This document shows, in pieces, positions 30,349 to 39,796 of a stretch of DNA of 64,000 nt. This DNA is from Candidatus Limnocylindrales bacterium (GTDB lineage: Bacteria; Chloroflexota; Limnocylindria; Limnocylindrales; CSP1-4), in contig JBBQRZ010000008.1 in the NCBI GenBank assembly GCA_038214255.1, forward strand, positions 23,832 through 87,831, given 5' to 3'. The notes beneath the pieces are model-generated. The model saw nothing but the letters and a program-made list of their open reading frames with translations. It searched no databases and was not told where the DNA came from. Every line of letters starts with the position of its first letter. Position 1 is the stretch's first letter. The position numbers were made by a program, and so were the translations under genes.

Positions 30349-32633
30349 CCCGCGACCTGCCGCGGCGACCCTCGGAGGGCTGGCTGACCCTCGGCCTGGT
30401 CTTCCTGCTGAGCCTGACCCTGGCCTGGTCGCTCGACGACGCCAACCTGGTCGTCGGTCGTGGCGATTACACGGATTTCCTGGTCTGGACCGCGATCGGT
30501 GGGGCGTTCGCGGGGTTCGTCGGGTCGAAGGTCGGCTGGCGTCGCTGGACGACGTTCGCCGTTGGGGCGATGTTTGCCGCGCTCATCACGCCACTCATCG
30601 TGGGGTCGGTGCTGCTGCCCGACGGCGGCAACCTGTACCAGCTATTCGAAGCGACCGCGACCGCGTGCGTCGTCGCGTGGCGCGATCTGATCGTCTTCGA
30701 CCGGCTCTCGACGTCGGCATTCGGGCATCACCTGCTGGTGCTCGGCCTGATCGTGTGGGGCTCGTCGATGTTTGCCAGCTATGCCGCGTTCGGCCATCGG
30801 CGGCCGATCAACGGGGTGATCCTCATCGGCGTCCTGCTCGTCGGGAACATGGCACTGACGGTCCACGACCAGCTGGGCTACCTCGTCCTCTTCTCGCTCG
30901 CCGGGCTCTTCCTGCTGATCCGCTTCCACACGTTCGAGGAGTCGACCGAGTGGTTGCGTCGCCGAATCGGCGACCCGTCCGCGATCTCGGGGATGTACCT
31001 GCGCGGCGGGACGGTGTTCGTCGGGGCCGCGGTGCTTGGTTCGCTCGTCCTGACGTCGACCGCGAAATCGGCTCCCCTCAGCTCGATGTGGACCGACGTG
31101 GGCGGGAACATCGTCGAATGGTCCCGCGCGATCGAGAAGTTCCTCCCGGCCAGCGGCTCCGGCGTCTCCCTGGGGCCGGCGTTCGGTTCGACCGCGCCGA
31201 TCACCGGCTCGTGGACCACGAATGACGCGCCGGCGCTGTCGATCGACGTCCCGGCCGATCTCGACGTGATCCCGCACTGGGCGGCGGTGACGTACGACGT
31301 GTTCGACGTCCAGGGCTGGCGGCAGAGCCAGGCCACGTTCGTCGACCGCGCCCCGAACGTCGACCTGCTGGCCGACACCGGCGACGCCGTCGACGAGTCC
31401 GGCCGGCGCCCGCTGACCGTGAAGATCACCCCGGCGAACACCGCACCGACCCTCTCGACGATCTTTGCGCCGTCGACACCGCTGGCTGTCGACGCGCCGG
31501 TGACCGTCAAGCTCGTGGGCACCGAGGGGCACCTGGCCTCGATCGACCGGCGTCCATCGAAGAACCCCTATACGGTCTCCGCGCTGATCCCCCTGCGTGG
31601 CGATGGTGCTGGGGCGAGCCTGACCCAGAACCGCCTGCGGGCGGCGGGCACGGCCTACCCACCCGAGATCTCGGCGCTCTATCTCGGGCTGCCCCCGGAA
31701 GCCCTCGGTCCCGAGTCCGAAAAGATCCTCGCCGAGGTCAGGGCATTCGGGGCGCGCAACCCCTACGACATCGCGGCCTCGATCGTCCGCATCCTCCAGG
31801 ATCCCGCGAAGTTCACGTACTCCACCGACATCCGAGGCGTCGATTGCGCCGGCGTGTCGGTCGTCGAGTGCTTCGCCATCGCGAAGGGCGGCTACTGCGA
31901 GTACTACGCCTCCACGATGGCAGTGCTCCTGCGCGAGCTGGGCATCCCGGCACGCTTCGTCGAGGGGTATCTGCCGGGGTCGCGCGCCGAGGGCTCGAAC
32001 ACGGTCAACATCACCAACAATCAGGCCCATGCCTGGGTCGAGGTCTACTTCCCGCGCTACGGCTGGGTCACGTTCGACCCGACCGGCGGTGGGGTCGGCC
32101 AGAACCCGGCGCTGCCCTCGGGGGCACCGGTGTCGTCAGCCGGACCCGGGTCGTCGCCCAGTATCGACCCGCTCGGCAGCCGGGTCCCGCCACGCAACGA
32201 CGGGCGCGATCCGCTCGGGGGGACGTCGACGCCGATTCCGCGACCCGGCTCGTCCGGGCCGCTGATCGCGATCGCGCTGCTCCTCGCGGCCATCGTCGCC
32301 GGCCTGGCCTTCGTGGCCTGGCAGCGGGGACCGCGCGGCCCGGTGAGCGCCGACGACGTCTACGGCTCGATCACGCGGCTGGCCGGCCGCCTGGGCTTCG
32401 GTCCGCGGCCCAACCAGACGGTCTATGAGTACGCGGGAGCCCTCGCCGAGATCCTGCCGGTCGCCCGGCGCGAGCTCGAGACGGTCGCGCACGCCAAGGT
32501 CGAGGTCGCCTACGGCGGTCGGACGCTCGGCGCCGATCGGCTGCGCGGACTCCGCGAGGCGCAGCGGCGCCTGCGCCTGAGCCTGCTGCGCCTGGCTGTC
32601 CGGCGCGCCCGTCGCGGCCGAAACCGACGCTGA
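30345..32633 (+). CDS. Transglutaminase-like multi-pass membrane protein (TgpA-like, DUF3488 plus TGase core)
   Basis: Cys-His-Asp core (GGYCEYYAS...AHAWVEVYFP...VTFDPTGG), N-terminal multi-TM region, C-terminal TM. ATGA overlap with the DUF58 gene. Confidence 0.8.
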   Translation: MTRDLPRRPSEGWLTLGLVFLLSLTLAWSLDDANLVVGRGDYTDFLVWTAIGGAFAGFVGSKVGWRRWTTFAVGAMFAALITPLIVGSVLLPDGGNLYQLFEATATACVVAWRDLIVFDRLSTSAFGHHLLVLGLIVWGSSMFASYAAFGHRRPINGVILIGVLLVGNMALTVHDQLGYLVLFSLAGLFLLIRFHTFEESTEWLRRRIGDPSAISGMYLRGGTVFVGAAVLGSLVLTSTAKSAPLSSMWTDVGGNIVEWSRAIEKFLPASGSGVSLGPAFGSTAPITGSWTTNDAPALSIDVPADLDVIPHWAAVTYDVFDVQGWRQSQATFVDRAPNVDLLADTGDAVDESGRRPLTVKITPANTAPTLSTIFAPSTPLAVDAPVTVKLVGTEGHLASIDRRPSKNPYTVSALIPLRGDGAGASLTQNRLRAAGTAYPPEISALYLGLPPEALGPESEKILAEVRAFGARNPYDIAASIVRILQDPAKFTYSTDIRGVDCAGVSVVECFAIAKGGYCEYYASTMAVLLRELGIPARFVEGYLPGSRAEGSNTVNITNNQAHAWVEVYFPRYGWVTFDPTGGGVGQNPALPSGAPVSSAGPGSSPSIDPLGSRVPPRNDGRDPLGGTSTPIPRPGSSGPLIAIALLLAAIVAGLAFVAWQRGPRGPVSADDVYGSITRLAGRLGFGPRPNQTVYEYAGALAEILPVARRELETVAHAKVEVAYGGRTLGADRLRGLREAQRRLRLSLLRLAVRRARRGRNRR

Positions 32634-32666
32634 CCGCCGGCCACCGGCCGGCCCGGCTCCGCGCCC

Positions 32667-33395
32667 CTAGAGAGCGCCGCTGCGGCTGCGCGCCTCCTGG
32701 ACCTCCACGGCCTCCTCGTCGAGCAGGCCGGACAGGTGGCTCGTAAGGTTGTGCGCCCGGAGCACGGCTCGCCCGGCCCGGATGTCCACGACGGTGATCG
32801 CGCACAGGTCCATCGACCACATCCAGAACCGCTCGAGAGGCAAGTCGAACAGGGTCAGCAGCGCGATCTTGAACACGCCGTCGTGGCCGACGACGATCGA
32901 CCACGGCTGGTTCGCGGTGGCCGTCCCGTAGCCCGCGACCTGGTCCCGGTCGATCGACCCGGGCGTCCCGCCCTCGGCCAGGCGTTCGAGGGCGGAGGCC
33001 AGCCCGGGTCGCACCCGGTCCGCGACCGCCGCCAGCGATTCGCCGCCCGGTGCCCACGCGTCGGTCGGCGTGCGCCGCCACGCTGCCAGCTCCGCCGCAT
33101 AGCGGGTGCCGATCTCGTCGCGGTGCAGCCCTTCCCACTCGCCCTGTCCGATCTCGAGGAAGGCCGGATCGGCCCGCTGCGCGAGGCCGGTGGCGGCCGC
33201 GATCGCCTCGGCCGTCTCACGGGTCCGCACGAGCGGCGAATGGACGATCTCGCGCGCCGGTCCGGCGGGGAGTGGGAGCGCCGGTGGATCGTGCGGTCGG
33301 GCGAGGCGGTCGGCCACGAGGCGAGCCTGGCGGCGGCCGGTCGGCGAGAGCGGGGTCTCGGCCTGGCCCTGGAACCGACCCTCGACGATATACAC
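32667..33395 (-). CDS. Histidine phosphatase family protein (PGM-like); candidate phosphoserine phosphatase
   Basis: RHGQ-type motif context (VEGRFQGQAETPLSPTGRRQA) and a C-terminal His (IVVGHDGV). Confidence 0.8.
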   Translation of the reverse strand: MYIVEGRFQGQAETPLSPTGRRQARLVADRLARPHDPPALPLPAGPAREIVHSPLVRTRETAEAIAAATGLAQRADPAFLEIGQGEWEGLHRDEIGTRYAAELAAWRRTPTDAWAPGGESLAAVADRVRPGLASALERLAEGGTPGSIDRDQVAGYGTATANQPWSIVVGHDGVFKIALLTLFDLPLERFWMWSMDLCAITVVDIRAGRAVLRAHNLTSHLSGLLDEEAVEVQEARSRSGAL

Positions 33396-33469
33396 CGATT
33401 CGCCGTGGCGGACCAGGACGAGCGTCGCGTCGAGGCCGGCCGGGATCGGCGAGGTGACCAGCGGTCGAC

Positions 33470-35053
33470 TCAGCGCTCGCCGCCGAGGCGGATCGTCCAG
33501 AGATCGAGGACCGCCTCCTGGGCGCGGATCGCGATCTCGACCGGGGCCGGGAGGTCATCGTCGAGGGCGAGGATCATCAGCGCGTCTTCGCGCGGGCGCG
33601 TGCGCGCCAGGTGCATCGCGCTGATGTTCACGTCCGCCTCGCCGAGCATCGCCCCGATCCGACCGACCATCCCCGGTCGGTCCCGGTGGCGGCTGATGAG
33701 CATGACGTCGGCCGGCTCCATGTCGACCCGGTACTCGCCCAACCGAGTGATCCGGGGTTCGCCCGCCGCGACTGTGCCGGCCACGGCGACCGTCCCCTCG
33801 CGCGTCTCGCTCGACAGCGTCAACTGCGCGGCGTAGGCCCCGGCATCGGGGGTCTTGCGTTCGACCACGGTGATCCCGCGGGCCTTCGCGAGCGCGCCGG
33901 CGTTGACGAGGTTGACGCGCTCGGTGGTGACGGTCTCCAGGAGGCCGCGCAGCATGGCCGCCGTGAGGGGCGTGCCGTCGTACTCGGCGAGGTCGCCGGC
34001 GATCTCGAGCGTGAGCGTCTTGACCCCGCCGCGCGAGAACTGGGCGAAGAATCGGCCGAGGATCTCGGCCAGGGGCAGGTACGGGGCGATCGCGCGGGCG
34101 GTCTCGGGCGTGAGTAGCGGCGCGTTGACGGCGTACCGGGCGCTCCGCCCGGCCAGCACGTCGAGGACCTGGGCCGCGACCTCCTCGGCGACGAGGATCT
34201 GGGCCTCGGCCGTCGACGCGCCCAGGTGGGGGGTGAGCAACGTATTCGGCGACTGAAGCAGGGGCGACCCGACCGGTGGCTCCTGCTCGAAGACGTCGAT
34301 CCCGGCACCGCCGAGATGCCCGGATGCGAGCGCCTCGGCCAGCGCGGCTTCGTCGACGATCCCGCCGCGGGCCACATTGAGGACGATGGCTCCGGGCTGC
34401 ATCTTCGCGATCGCAGCGCGGCCGATCAACCCGCGTGTCGCCCGGCTGAGCGGGACGTGGACCGTGATGACGTCGGCGCGGGCGAGGAGCTCAGCGAGGG
34501 TCACGAGCTCGACATCGTGGTTGGCGGCCTGCTCGGCCGTCACGTATGGGTCCACTCCGAGCACGTTCATCTCCATCGCCCGCGCTCGGACGGCGATGGC
34601 CTGACCGATCTTGCCGAGGCCGACGATCCCGAGCGTGCGGCCGCGCAGCTCCAGGCCGGTGAACTCGGAGCGTTTCCATTCACCCCGTCGGACCGAGGCA
34701 TCGGCGGCCGCCGTCCGGCGGGCGACGCCGTAGAGCAGCGCGAGCGTGTGCTCGGCCGCCGCGATCGTGTTGCCGGTCGGGGCGTTGACGACCGTGATGC
34801 CGGCGCGCGTCGCGGCATCGAGGTCGACGTTGTCGACCCCGACTCCGGCTCGGCCGATGACGACGAGCCGGGTGCCGGCGGCGATGAGCGCCGCGTCCAC
34901 CTCGACCTGGCTGCGGACGATCAGGGCGTCGTAGTCGGGCACGATCGCGGCGAGCTCGGCCGGGGACAGGCCCGGACGTTCGTCGACCTCGTGCTGCGTC
35001 GCCAGGAGCTCGACGCCTTCGCGCGCGACCGGCTCGGCGACGAGGACCCTCAT
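33470..35053 (-). CDS. serA: D-3-phosphoglycerate dehydrogenase with ACT domain
   Basis: NAD-binding GLGKIGQAIA, the catalytic region, and an ASB/ACT C-terminus. Confidence 0.9.
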   Translation of the reverse strand: MRVLVAEPVAREGVELLATQHEVDERPGLSPAELAAIVPDYDALIVRSQVEVDAALIAAGTRLVVIGRAGVGVDNVDLDAATRAGITVVNAPTGNTIAAAEHTLALLYGVARRTAAADASVRRGEWKRSEFTGLELRGRTLGIVGLGKIGQAIAVRARAMEMNVLGVDPYVTAEQAANHDVELVTLAELLARADVITVHVPLSRATRGLIGRAAIAKMQPGAIVLNVARGGIVDEAALAEALASGHLGGAGIDVFEQEPPVGSPLLQSPNTLLTPHLGASTAEAQILVAEEVAAQVLDVLAGRSARYAVNAPLLTPETARAIAPYLPLAEILGRFFAQFSRGGVKTLTLEIAGDLAEYDGTPLTAAMLRGLLETVTTERVNLVNAGALAKARGITVVERKTPDAGAYAAQLTLSSETREGTVAVAGTVAAGEPRITRLGEYRVDMEPADVMLISRHRDRPGMVGRIGAMLGEADVNISAMHLARTRPREDALMILALDDDLPAPVEIAIRAQEAVLDLWTIRLGGER

Positions 35054-36240
35054 GCGCCCGCGCCGCTCGGAGTGCGCGTCGCGATGCCGAGCGATTCGAG
35101 GGCAGCGGCCTGGGCCGCACCGACCGCCGCGCCCGGGGTGACCGTGCGGCCGATCGCCAGGCAGGCGATTTCGAGCGCGCTGATCGCACCGAGGATCTCC
35201 TCGAGCGTGACCGATCCCAGGTGGCCCAGCCGGAAGATCTTGCCGGTCAGCTTGCCCTGGCCCCCGGCGAGGACCACGCCTCGTCCCTTGACCTCGGCGT
35301 TGAACGCCTTCCAGTCGAGGCCGTCGGGGACGTGGGCGGCAGTGACGGTCCGTGACGCGTGGCGCTGGTCGGCGAACAGCTCGAAGCCCAGCGCCAGGAG
35401 ACCGGCACGCGAGGCCGCGGCGCAGGCCTCGTGCCGGGCAAAGATGCTCGCCGCGCCCTCGAGCTGCATGAGGCGCAGGCCCTCGTCGACTTGGAACACC
35501 ACGGAGATCGCCGGCGTGAACGGCGTCTGGCCGTTGGTGGCCGCGTCACGATGGGCCCGCAGGTCCAGGTAGAAGCGGGGCATCCGCGCCGTCTCCATCG
35601 CCGCCCACGCCCGTGCTGACGCCGCGATCATCGCCAGGCCGGGTGCCGCCATCCAGGCCTTCTGCGAGCCCGTGACCACGACGTCGACGCCCCAGGCATC
35701 CATGTCGAAGGGCACGGCACCGAGGCCCGATACGCTGTCGACGAGGATGAGCGCCTCCGGGGTTTCCTCGCGGATCGCGGCGGCCAGCTCCGCGATGGGA
35801 TTCATGACCCCGGTCGAGGTCTCGTTGTGGGTGAGCAGCACCGCCCGGACATCCGACATCGCGCGCAGGCCCTCGCGCACCTCATCGGCGGCCGCCGCGT
35901 ACCCCCACTCGGCGTCGAGCTTGGTCACGTCGGCCCCATAGACCCCGGCGATCTTGGCGAAGCGGTCGCCGAACGAGCCGATCGAGACACCGAGCACGTG
36001 GTCGCCCGGCGACAACGTGTTGACGACCGCGGCCTCGAGGCCGCCGGATCCCGCGGTCGTGATCACCGCCACGTCGGAGGTCGTCCCGAAGAACGGCTTC
36101 ATGCCCGTCACGATCCGATCGAGTATCGCCGCGAACTCCGGGCCCCGGTGGTTGATCATCTGGCGCGCGCCGGCCTCGCGCACGCTCGGCGGTAGCGCGG
36201 TGGGGCCCGGGATGCGCAGGTTGGGCTCGAAGCGGTCCAC
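35050..36240 (-). CDS. Class V aminotransferase (serine-pyruvate / phosphoserine aminotransferase-like)
   Basis: PLP-lysine context (VVTGSQKAWMAAPG). GTG start with AGGAGA ribosome-binding site. The upstream part of ORF 35050..36903 is non-coding-like. Confidence 0.8.
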   Translation of the reverse strand: MDRFEPNLRIPGPTALPPSVREAGARQMINHRGPEFAAILDRIVTGMKPFFGTTSDVAVITTAGSGGLEAAVVNTLSPGDHVLGVSIGSFGDRFAKIAGVYGADVTKLDAEWGYAAAADEVREGLRAMSDVRAVLLTHNETSTGVMNPIAELAAAIREETPEALILVDSVSGLGAVPFDMDAWGVDVVVTGSQKAWMAAPGLAMIAASARAWAAMETARMPRFYLDLRAHRDAATNGQTPFTPAISVVFQVDEGLRLMQLEGAASIFARHEACAAASRAGLLALGFELFADQRHASRTVTAAHVPDGLDWKAFNAEVKGRGVVLAGGQGKLTGKIFRLGHLGSVTLEEILGAISALEIACLAIGRTVTPGAAVGAAQAAALESLGIATRTPSGAGA

Positions 36241-36406
36241 GTGGGTCTCCTGGGTGCGACGGGGATGGTGGCATCGTGCCACGGGTCGAGGCCGGCCGCC
36301 GGGCGACCCGGATCGGGGGATCGCGAGACGGCGGCTTGATCGCGTCGCATCGGTGGAACGCCGGGCGTCTTGACCTCGACCAGCACCTGGGGGAGCCTTT
36401 CTGCGC

Positions 36407-37336
36407 ATGACCCGCTCGCCGGCCCGCCGCGGCCGCCTACGACGCCTCGCCGCGATCGCCGTCGTGCTGTCGCTCGTCGCCGCCACCCTCACGACGCTGG
36501 CCATCGCGACGGATGCGTTCGGGGCGGGCGAACGCTGGGACGCGCTCCTGGCGAAGGTCGACCGCTTCCTCGCCGGCCCGGTCCCGCAGCGACACACCCT
36601 CTCGACCGTGCGCGTCACCCCGCCGCCCTCGATCGAGCCGGCGACCGCGCCGGCCACGCCGGATCCGTCGGGCCACGTCCCGACCGCGGCGCCGACGGTG
36701 AAGCCGAAACGCGTCGCGGTCGATATCAACATCGCCACCTCGCCCGACCAGGTCTTCAAGACCGAGCTCCACAAGGATTGGTGTGCCGTGGCCGGCGTCC
36801 AGATCGTGCTGGCCCAGCTGGGGCTTGCCGATACCTCCGACGCCACCCAGAACAAGCTCGCCGGGCGGATCCGCGAGTGGGACTCGTACGACGACAGCCA
36901 CAACGGGGACTGGGGCCCGGCTGCGATGGCCCTGGCCCTCCAGACCTATGGCGCCCCGGGCTACGAGATCCGGGCCTTCGAGGGTCGGAACGAAGCCCTG
37001 GTCGACGCGGCCCGGGCGATCGAGACGACCGGCTCGCCGGCGATCCTCCTGGCCTGGCGGGGTGCCCACACCTGGGTGATGTCCGGGTTCAAGGCCGATG
37101 CCGACCCCGTCCTCTTCGACCGCAACGTGCACATCTCCGGCACCTACATCCTCGACCCGTGGTATCCCCGGATCTCCTCGATCTGGGGCCCCTCCGACCC
37201 GCCGGGGACCTTCCAGGACAAGCCCGAGATGGAGCGCAACTTCCTGCCCTGGAAGCGGCCCGAAGGGAACTATCCGGACCGCGATGGGCTCTACATCACG
37301 GTGGTCCCGACGCTGCCGGCTCCGAAGGGGGGTTAG
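36407..37336 (+). CDS. Secreted protein with Tat-like signal and C39-like peptidase fold candidate
   Basis: RRGRLRRLAAIAVV signal sequence, a Pro/Thr/Ala linker, and conserved Cys (DWCAVAGVQ) and His residues. Confidence 0.6.
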   Translation: MTRSPARRGRLRRLAAIAVVLSLVAATLTTLAIATDAFGAGERWDALLAKVDRFLAGPVPQRHTLSTVRVTPPPSIEPATAPATPDPSGHVPTAAPTVKPKRVAVDINIATSPDQVFKTELHKDWCAVAGVQIVLAQLGLADTSDATQNKLAGRIREWDSYDDSHNGDWGPAAMALALQTYGAPGYEIRAFEGRNEALVDAARAIETTGSPAILLAWRGAHTWVMSGFKADADPVLFDRNVHISGTYILDPWYPRISSIWGPSDPPGTFQDKPEMERNFLPWKRPEGNYPDRDGLYITVVPTLPAPKGG

Positions 37337-38681
37337 GGGGCATCGCCCGTATCCGCCGGGCGAGGACGACGACGAGCAGCGCGAACCGGAGTGCGACCCC
37401 GGACGAGAACCCGATCGGGATGGCCGCCGCCCCCAGCGGGCCGGCGAGCACGAGCGTGACAAGGATCGTGACGCCGAATCCGACGAGCGTGGCAATCACC
37501 TGCCAGGCCGTGTGGTGGGTCGCGTAGATCGCCCGGCTGAACAGGTGCCCCAGGCTCTCGAACGGGATCGAGATCGCGAAGAGGGCGAGGACCAGGGAGG
37601 TGCGTGCCACGGCGTCGGCATCGAACCGGCCACCCAGGAAGAACAGGTCGATCGCGAATGGGCCGACGATCGCCAGGCCGAGCGCCGCGGCCGTGGTCAG
37701 GAGGCCGATCGTCAGGGCGTTGACCCGAACGAGGCGCACGAAGGCGGCTCGCTCGCCGGCCGCGTAGGCCGCAGCCAGCGATGGGAACGCGGCCACGGAG
37801 AAGGCGATGCCGATCAGGCTGACGGGCACGCTCTGGAAGTTGCGGGCGAGGTTGATCGTCGTGATGCTCCCGGTCGCGAGCGCCGAACCGACGCGGGTGA
37901 AGAATAGGAAGGTCAGCGGCTCGACCGGGCCGCTGCCGATCTTGGGGATCGCCAGCGCCACGAACTCGCGAACCGCCCCGGTGCCGACCCGAAATCGCGG
38001 CCGGATCCGAAATGGCGTCCGGAGCGACCCGATGACGCGGATCCCGAGGTGCAGGCTCGCCCCCAGGACCGCCCCCACCGCCGGCGCGTAGATCCCGATC
38101 TTTCCCGCGAGCAGTAGGGTGCCGACGACGATGCCGGTGTTGAACATCAGCGGCGCCGCGCCGTAGAAGAAGAAGCGACGCTCGGCGACGAGCACCTCGC
38201 CGATCGCAGTCGACGCCGCGAACAGCACCTGGGTGACGCACAGGATCCGGAACAGGGACACGTACAGGTCGCGACGCTCTGCATCGAATCCGGGGGCGAC
38301 GATCTGGACCGTCAGGGGCGCGGCGACGAACAGGACGACCGCGACGGCGCCCATCGCCAGGACCGCCAGGGTCAGGATCGTCTGGGCGAACTCGAAGGCC
38401 GCGCGCTCGCTCTCGCGTCGGAGGCCGCTGAAGATCGGGATGAACGGCGCCGCGAGCCCGCTCGCGACGATGACGCTGAAGGCGAGGTCGGGCAGGACGA
38501 ACGCCGTGTTGAACGTGTCGAGCTCGAGGCCGGCGCCGAACGTCCGCGTCAGGGCTCGGTCCCGAACCAGGCCCATGATGTAGCCGGAAAACGTCAGGGC
38601 CGACAGCAGGATCGCGCCGCGCGGCACGACGCGATCGATCAGCGGACGGATCGCGCCCAGGCGCGCGCTCGTTGTCGCCAT
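37296..38681 (-). CDS. murJ: Lipid II flippase MurJ
   Basis: MviN/MurJ N-terminal motif (SALTFSGYIMGLVRDRALTRTFGAG...DTFNTAFVLPD), about 14 TM segments. Start at MATTSARLG. Confidence 0.85.
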   Translation of the reverse strand: MATTSARLGAIRPLIDRVVPRGAILLSALTFSGYIMGLVRDRALTRTFGAGLELDTFNTAFVLPDLAFSVIVASGLAAPFIPIFSGLRRESERAAFEFAQTILTLAVLAMGAVAVVLFVAAPLTVQIVAPGFDAERRDLYVSLFRILCVTQVLFAASTAIGEVLVAERRFFFYGAAPLMFNTGIVVGTLLLAGKIGIYAPAVGAVLGASLHLGIRVIGSLRTPFRIRPRFRVGTGAVREFVALAIPKIGSGPVEPLTFLFFTRVGSALATGSITTINLARNFQSVPVSLIGIAFSVAAFPSLAAAYAAGERAAFVRLVRVNALTIGLLTTAAALGLAIVGPFAIDLFFLGGRFDADAVARTSLVLALFAISIPFESLGHLFSRAIYATHHTAWQVIATLVGFGVTILVTLVLAGPLGAAAIPIGFSSGVALRFALLVVVLARRIRAMPPNPPSEPAASGPP

Positions 38682-38719
38682 GTCCTCAGGATGACGGCCG
38701 GAACGGCCCCGGTGCACCG

Positions 38720-39403
38720 CTATCGGGTCGGGCAGCGCTTGCTTCGCGGGGGAGCGGGCGCGAGGAGCAGGCGATCCAGCGTTTCGCCGTACCACCGTTC
38801 GAACCGGGACGGGCTCCAGCCACGGTCGACGACCAGGAGCCGGTACGTCTCGGGGCTGCCGATGGCACAGACGATGTCCGCGGCGGCGTCCAGGTCCAGC
38901 CCATCCCGAAAGGCGGTGGAGCCGGCCACGATGCGAAGAAGCTCTCGCTGCCCGTGGTAGCGCTGCTCGATGCCGACCTGCCGCAGCGCGGCGATCTCCG
39001 GGTCGGCGGCGGCGGCGCCCCGGACCACGTCGTCGATCTCGGCTCGGCGCTCCAGGATCGAGCGTCCGTTGCCGGCGAGGATCGACAGTCGACGATGGGG
39101 ATCGGGTTCCTCGCGCATCGCCTGTACCCAGTCCTGGTCGAGGACCGGGGGCGCCTCGGTGCCGCCGGCGATCGAGACATCGACGAGTGCCGACAGCACC
39201 GCGCGCTTGTTCCCGAACGTGGCGTAGATCGTTTCGGACGACACCTCCGCGCGCGTGGCGATCGCGTCGATCGTCGTCGCGACGTAGCCCCGCTCGACGA
39301 AGAGGGCGCGAGCCGCATCGAGGACGGCTCGACGGGTGGCGATCGCCGCCTCGCGGCGACGAGGTGACTCGTACGGGCGACGACGCTTGACAGATCCCGG
39401 CAT
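38720..39403 (-). CDS. TetR/AcrR family transcriptional regulator
   Basis: HTH ATTIDAIATRAEVSSETIYATF. Confidence 0.8.
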   Translation of the reverse strand: MPGSVKRRRPYESPRRREAAIATRRAVLDAARALFVERGYVATTIDAIATRAEVSSETIYATFGNKRAVLSALVDVSIAGGTEAPPVLDQDWVQAMREEPDPHRRLSILAGNGRSILERRAEIDDVVRGAAAADPEIAALRQVGIEQRYHGQRELLRIVAGSTAFRDGLDLDAAADIVCAIGSPETYRLLVVDRGWSPSRFERWYGETLDRLLLAPAPPRSKRCPTR

Positions 39404-39406
39404 GTG

Positions 39407-39444
39407 GTTACAGTATCACAGTATTCAGTACAGTTGTACTGTAG
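39407..39444. promoter_or_regulatory. AT-rich operator-like element with ACAGTA repeats and palindrome TACAGT-TGT-ACTGTA
   Basis: ttACAGTAtcACAGTAttcAGTACAGTTGTACTGTAg lies between the divergent tetR and the 39481 gene. It is a local AT island in a 70% GC background. Confidence 0.4.
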
Positions 39445-39480
39445 CCATAGAGAGATCGGCCCGGCCGAGAGGAGTCTCCC

Positions 39481-39771
39481 ATGACCGTCGTGCAGCTCGA
39501 GCATCCCGTTCGCGACTTCGCCATCTGGAAGGCCGCGTTTGACCGCGATCCCGTTCGTCGCGAGGCTTCGGGCGTGCGGCGCTATCGGATCTATCGACCG
39601 ATCGACGATCCGAAGTACATCGCGGTCGACCTGGAGTTCGATGGCCGGGACGAGGCGGAATCGTTCAAGCAGGCGCTCGAGGAGCTGTGGCGTTCGCCAC
39701 AGGCCGCTCCGGCGCTTGGCGGAACGCCTCGGGCCCGGATCGTGGACATCGTCGAGAGCCGGCAGTACTAG
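39481..39771 (+). CDS. Small hypothetical protein (96 aa), probable TetR target
   Basis: GAGGAG ribosome-binding site 6 nt upstream; coding-like composition. Confidence 0.5.
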   Translation: MTVVQLEHPVRDFAIWKAAFDRDPVRREASGVRRYRIYRPIDDPKYIAVDLEFDGRDEAESFKQALEELWRSPQAAPALGGTPRARIVDIVESRQY

Positions 39772-39796
39772 GCGCACCGGCAGAGCGGGCGGGGCG

